A stretch of 64,000 nucleotides of DNA from Lytechinus pictus (Eukaryota), in the NCBI RefSeq assembly GCF_037042905.1, contig NC_087251.1:682001-746000 (forward strand), given 5' to 3'. The notes under the pieces are model-generated. The model had not been told where the DNA came from, searched no databases, and was given only the letters and a program-made list of their open reading frames with translations. A program made the translations under genes and the position numbers. Below, one piece after another: positions 61,401 to 64,000 of this stretch. Each line of letters opens with the position of its first letter. Position 1 is the stretch's first letter.

Positions 61401-63215
61401 TATAGTCTAATATAAGAGGAAAAGTAGCATTATTGCTTCCAAAAACTGAAGAAAAAAAATATGTAAAGACTCCATAATTGAAATAAAACTCTGTGGCTGG
61501 TATTGATTCTAGTTTGTGATGGCATTCTGTAAAAAGTGCATGGCTCATATTGTATGAAGGAAAGAAGACATGACAGGGGTATGGGAATAGAGGGGAACAG
61601 AGTTCATATTCTGATGAACTAGAGTAAAAAGATGATTGATATGGATTATTTCATTTCATGTAGGTCCTTGTCATCACATGTCCTAGGATTAGGATCTTTG
61701 AAATGGTTTTCTTTTAAAGGAATTGTGGACTAATGCATGCACAGATAAAGAATGTAATTTGTAGGCTTTCAATATATCAGAAAACGATCTATATAAGCTG
61801 CATTCACACTTGCCCAGTCACAAAAATAAATAAGTTTTCAGGCTTGAGAATAAGACTTCATTTTTTGCATTCACACCTACCTCAACCAGATAAAATTCCT
61901 GCAATTATGAGCTTGAAAGAAGATTTTCATTCCCCTACAACATTCTTCTTGCCACATATCAAAAGTTATCACAAGTTTTTTACCAAGGTGATAATCTCCT
62001 TGATTTTTTAATTTGACCAAGAAGAAATCCAGGCAAAGCTATTCATAATTGTGAAAAGTAATTATTTCAATTTGTTGTCATTTCTTTTAGGGATAACAAG
62101 TACTTTTTACACTGACACAAGTATTTCACATAATCTAGGAGATGTTAAAGCATTTGTAGAGAAACATTATTCAAGTAAGAATGTGGAGCATATAAACAGA
62201 ACATGGGTTTGGTTTCATAAAGCAGTTTAATACTGGTATAGAAACATGGCAATCCAAAATTCCATATGTAAATCTAGATTTAATCATTCCATTTTTATTG
62301 AATTAGCTAGAAAAATATCATTTATGCAGATTAACATTCTTATTGAGCTCACAAAAATGACTCTTCCTCATCAAAAGCAAGAATAATTTTTTTTATTACA
62401 ATATAATTGGGATCATTTGAAACCATCACAAGTTTTTTAATATCTGTAAAAAAAAATGACACATCATTTGGTATTTCTTATTCAAGTCATTCATAAAGTC
62501 ATATGTAGACCCTTTTTTTAAACAGAGTCATTGCACACATTGAGAACAATTGTTGCAAAGGAGGTGAAATATGGCATTTCTATCGGTAAATATACATGCA
62601 TATAGCTCAAAGAATAAAATAAAATTGAAGGACCAATGGATATTGGATATCTCTTTTATTTATTCATTGTATAATAAAGAGCAACACAGATAAATGCCTT
62701 GCTCAAGGAATTGGTTCCCAAACTTTTGTGTGTTAACCAGGTGCCTTAGAACATCTTAGCCTCAGCACCAATAGATGGTAATAAATTAATTACTGTGTTA
62801 TGTGATTAGACATCACCTTTAGAGTGTAGACTGTTCTTTGAATTCACATTCACATGAGCAAAGATACATCTATACCTGCTACCATCTAACAAATTTCAGC
62901 TAAAGAATCATGGTGGATTAACTGTTTAAAGGTCTATCAATACCCATCTAATTCTGATATACTCACTGATTGGTCTGCATTCATATGTAGCACAGCATGA
63001 TCCCGGCCTCCCATTACCAGCACTCATCTCATGATACTGGTAACCCTCAGCACAAACAACATCATGACACGCCCCCATGTCACATAAGCACTGAGGGGGG
63101 CGAGGGCAGCATTCACCTTCTTCCCGTTGAGCCTCTATCTTTAGACTATCTGGCGGACAATGGATATCAAAAACAATGTCGCAGCGTGCCTGAGAACAGT
63201 CTGCTGGAGTTGGCT
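39999..63215 (-). CDS. CRIM1: Cysteine-rich motor neuron 1 / cysteine-rich transmembrane BMP regulator 1 orthologue, partial (14 exons, about 937 aa; N-terminus beyond the window)
   Basis: Exons 63215-62967, 59813-59693, 58114-57993, 53791-53474, 52884-52759, 52230-52003, 50135-49866, 48290-48075, 47304-47089, 46622-46407, 45778-45590, 41540-41478, 41210-41142, 40411-39999 join in frame with AG/GT ends. Domain order is Cys-rich repeats, vWC x2, antistasin repeats, vWC x4, TM, cytoplasmic tail. Motifs such as DCSQARC, ESWHDGCRQCYC and KGQCCP match CRIM1. Confidence 0.95.
41142..41210 (-). CDS. CRIM1: CRIM1 small stalk exon (FDATEPVPSPEKPKTKKPYHDK)
   Basis: 69 bp, phase 1-1, ttgctag/gtaatt boundaries, open frame. 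Confidence 0.7.
41478..41540 (-). CDS. CRIM1: CRIM1 small juxtamembrane stalk exon (KDIFEPETKWPTKISHTDEK)
   Basis: 63 bp, phase 1-1, ttgtag/gtgagc boundaries, open frame; WPT resembles the vertebrate stalk (LWPT). Confidence 0.7.
42982..44380. repeat. Minisatellite, 51-53-bp unit, about 27 copies
   Basis: Unit GTATCCACTCTGAAGAGTGCTCAAGGGACTAGGTTGTTGGGG(G)TGGGGATTG; length varies in the G-run. Confidence 0.95.
45260..45337. repeat. (GAT/GAC)n microsatellite
   Basis: Direct inspection. Confidence 0.9.
45590..45778 (-). CDS. CRIM1: CRIM1 exon: vWC domain
   Basis: 189 bp, translated by hand: PDTRLVCKSGGDIYVSGETWRVDNCTSCVCEGSRVSCTISHCPVMKCENLVYVAGTCCPVCQ. Confidence 0.92.
46407..46622 (-). CDS. 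CRIM1: CRIM1 exon: vWC domain
   Basis: 216 bp; WKEDSCTSCQCIDGEIMCFSQTCPPVDCDKPLLKKGQCCPAC. Confidence 0.94.
47089..47304 (-). CDS. CRIM1: CRIM1 exon: vWC domain
   Basis: 216 bp; EGETWMLGQCTSCMCHAGQVLCSSEVCPPLPC...CCAEC. Confidence 0.94.
47383..47653. mobile_element. piggyBac-like MITE
   Basis: TTAA on both sides; TIR CCCTTAACGTGCCAT vs reverse complement CTCTTAATGTGCCAT. Confidence 0.7.
48075..48290 (-). CDS. CRIM1: CRIM1 exon: vWC domain
   Basis: 216 bp; ESWHDGCRQCYCSNGQEMCSLITCQVPACSKPVIRPDQCCPTC. Confidence 0.94.
48565..48708. mobile_element. PIF/Harbinger-like MITE, inverted relative of 32731-32875
   Basis: Reverse-complement similarity over its length; CCG/CTG flanks. Confidence 0.7.
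49866..50135 (-). CDS. CRIM1: CRIM1 exon: three antistasin-like repeats
   Basis: 270 bp; three C-x5-C-x3-C-x-x-G(F/Y)-x5-GC-x2-C-x-C units. Confidence 0.93.
50601..51726. repeat. TGGTC-based satellite (11/22-bp units GGTCTGGTCAT, GGTCTGATCTT) with higher-order blocks
   Basis: Direct inspection; the variant block GGGCATGGTCCTGTTATGGG recurs at ~50760, ~51075 and ~51495. Confidence 0.95.
52003..52230 (-). CDS. CRIM1: CRIM1 exon: Thr/Ser-rich linker plus antistasin-like repeat
   Basis: 228 bp; PVPTPSTSRAIPTT...CPLIDCVESCSNGYVTDKYGCSLCDC. Confidence 0.9.
52759..52884 (-). CDS. CRIM1: CRIM1 exon: antistasin-like repeat
   Basis: 126 bp; CPPPQSNCTLLCPYGYEKDENECPICQC. Confidence 0.9.
53474..53791 (-). 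CDS. CRIM1: CRIM1 exon: truncated vWC1 plus vWC2
   Basis: 318 bp, phase 1-1; IVTEGCTHHERSYRDGESWTVGNCKTCQC...HGEKWDEDDCTMCEC...PGICCPVCD. Confidence 0.92.
54166..54322. mobile_element. PIF/Harbinger-like MITE (CTTGTCGGA family)
   Basis: GGGG..GTTTCAT / ATGAAAC..CCC ends, CTG/CAG flanks; inverted copy at 57804-57960. Confidence 0.7.
54564..55168. mobile_element. Kolobok-like MITE C, complete
   Basis: TTAA TSD; TIR AGG(C/A)CAAGTCCACCCCA. Confidence 0.8.
55704..56344. mobile_element. TIR element with GGCCTGAG ends and TWA flanks (Zator- or Harbinger-like)
   Basis: TTA|GGCCTGAG ... CTCAGGCC|TAA plus long internal imperfect inverted repeats. Confidence 0.6.
57804..57960. mobile_element. PIF/Harbinger-like MITE, inverted copy of 54166-54322
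   Basis: CAG TSD on both sides; lies about 30 bp inside the intron next to the donor of exon 57993-58114. Confidence 0.75.
57993..58114 (-). CDS. CRIM1: CRIM1 exon (CSCALERCMTPVC...GSCCDVYECVV)
   Basis: 122 bp, phase 2-1, gtaagt donor. Confidence 0.92.
58851..59266. mobile_element. TIR MITE with CCCCGGGG(n)CTACTC ends, unclassified
   Basis: Right end AGTAGCCCCCCAGGG; internal repeats of (GGGG)TCTCTGGAAC; ATGGCA on both sides. Confidence 0.65.
59693..59813 (-). CDS. CRIM1: CRIM1 exon (DPNHCNGVVCP...DDGCCILPSR)
   Basis: 121 bp, phase 1-2, gtcagt donor; lies within ORF 59650..59883. Confidence 0.92.
60183..60520. repeat. (GTG/GGT)n compound microsatellite
   Basis: Direct inspection; recurrent GACAGT and GTTCAG variants. 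Confidence 0.9.
62967..63215 (-). CDS. CRIM1: CRIM1 exon (PTPADCSQARCDIVFDIHCPPDS...GSCCATYECRPI)
   Basis: 249 bp, phase 1-1, ttccag acceptor and gtgagt donor. Confidence 0.92.
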
Positions 63216-63385
63216 CTGGAAGACAAAATTGGAAACATATATTTCAACATTAATATTAGGATTTATGCATATTTATAAAGCATATAAAGCAAATAATGTA
63301 TGTGTGTGTGTGTGATTTGTGAAATCAAGAAGTGAAAGCTGATAATACATGTAAACGTGGCTGATGTACTATAAAATAGGTTCTG

Positions 63386-63553
63386 GTGGGTGTTTCATAA
63401 AGCCGTTCATAAGTTAAGAGCGACTTTAAGAATGACTGGTGATCCTTTCTTTTGGTAAATGGTATACACCAAATGTTCATTGGCGATGGGTTAGCACATA
63501 AGAAAGGATCACCAGTCGCTCTTAATTTAAGAAAAGCTTTATGAAACAGCCCC
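63386..63553. mobile_element. PIF/Harbinger-like MITE, inverted relative of 30809-30968
   Basis: GTTTCATAAAGC...GCTTTATGAAAC ends, CTG flanks. Confidence 0.65.
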
Positions 63554-64000
63554 CTGGACCCTGTTACATGAATACCTGTAGACACATATGATTGGATAAA
63601 ACAACTTTTCCTATGATCTTTGACCTGTCCTCAGCACTTGGCAGGCCTGATATCATTTCAAGCACAGACATCTATTGAATACATCTAATACTTCCTTTGA
63701 AAAGCAAAGTTCACCAACTTCATCTACACAATAACACTAAATCCATGGAAACATGAGCGGTGTGGGCAAAAGAAAAAAAAAAATGAGGCAAAATACAAAA
63801 CAGAAAATGAGGCAAAATAAAAAAATCTCGGGTGATCCCAGGACAATGAAATTTGCTCATGATCAAGCCCTAATGAAAATTTGAACAAATTTGAACAAAG
63901 GACGTGATCATATTTGAGGGTAAACATATGGCAAGAGAAAATGGCTCAACATTGTGCCAAGGCATTTATTAGGGAAGAGAAAAAGAGAAACTCTCCAGCT

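Overview
AT-rich, repeat-dense animal genomic DNA; the repeat content suggests an echinoid (sea urchin), which is an inference. Two convergent, intron-rich genes are present. On + are the last four coding exons of Arp2/ACTR2 (2793-20999). On - are 14 coding exons of a CRIM1 orthologue (63215-39999; vWC, antistasin and TM regions, with the 5' part outside the window). Two consecutive Arp2 introns each carry a box C/D snoRNA with the U61/SNORD61 guide against 18S rRNA. The 15.7-kb last Arp2 intron holds a five-level transposon nest: a Helentron-type HINE contains a Kolobok-like element, which contains a second Kolobok-like element, which contains a 7.6-kb element with perfect 153-bp TIRs, a 9-bp TSD and a decayed RecQ-like helicase start (AcademH-like), which in turn contains LINE, MITE and satellite inserts. 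Between the two genes lies a 4.4-kb fold-back element with ~1.15-kb arms. Many further MITEs, a tRNA-derived SINE and several mini/microsatellites are present. No prokaryotic features, CRISPR arrays or intact transposase ORFs were seen. All superfamily assignments rest on termini/TSD rules and remembered motifs, not on database searches.
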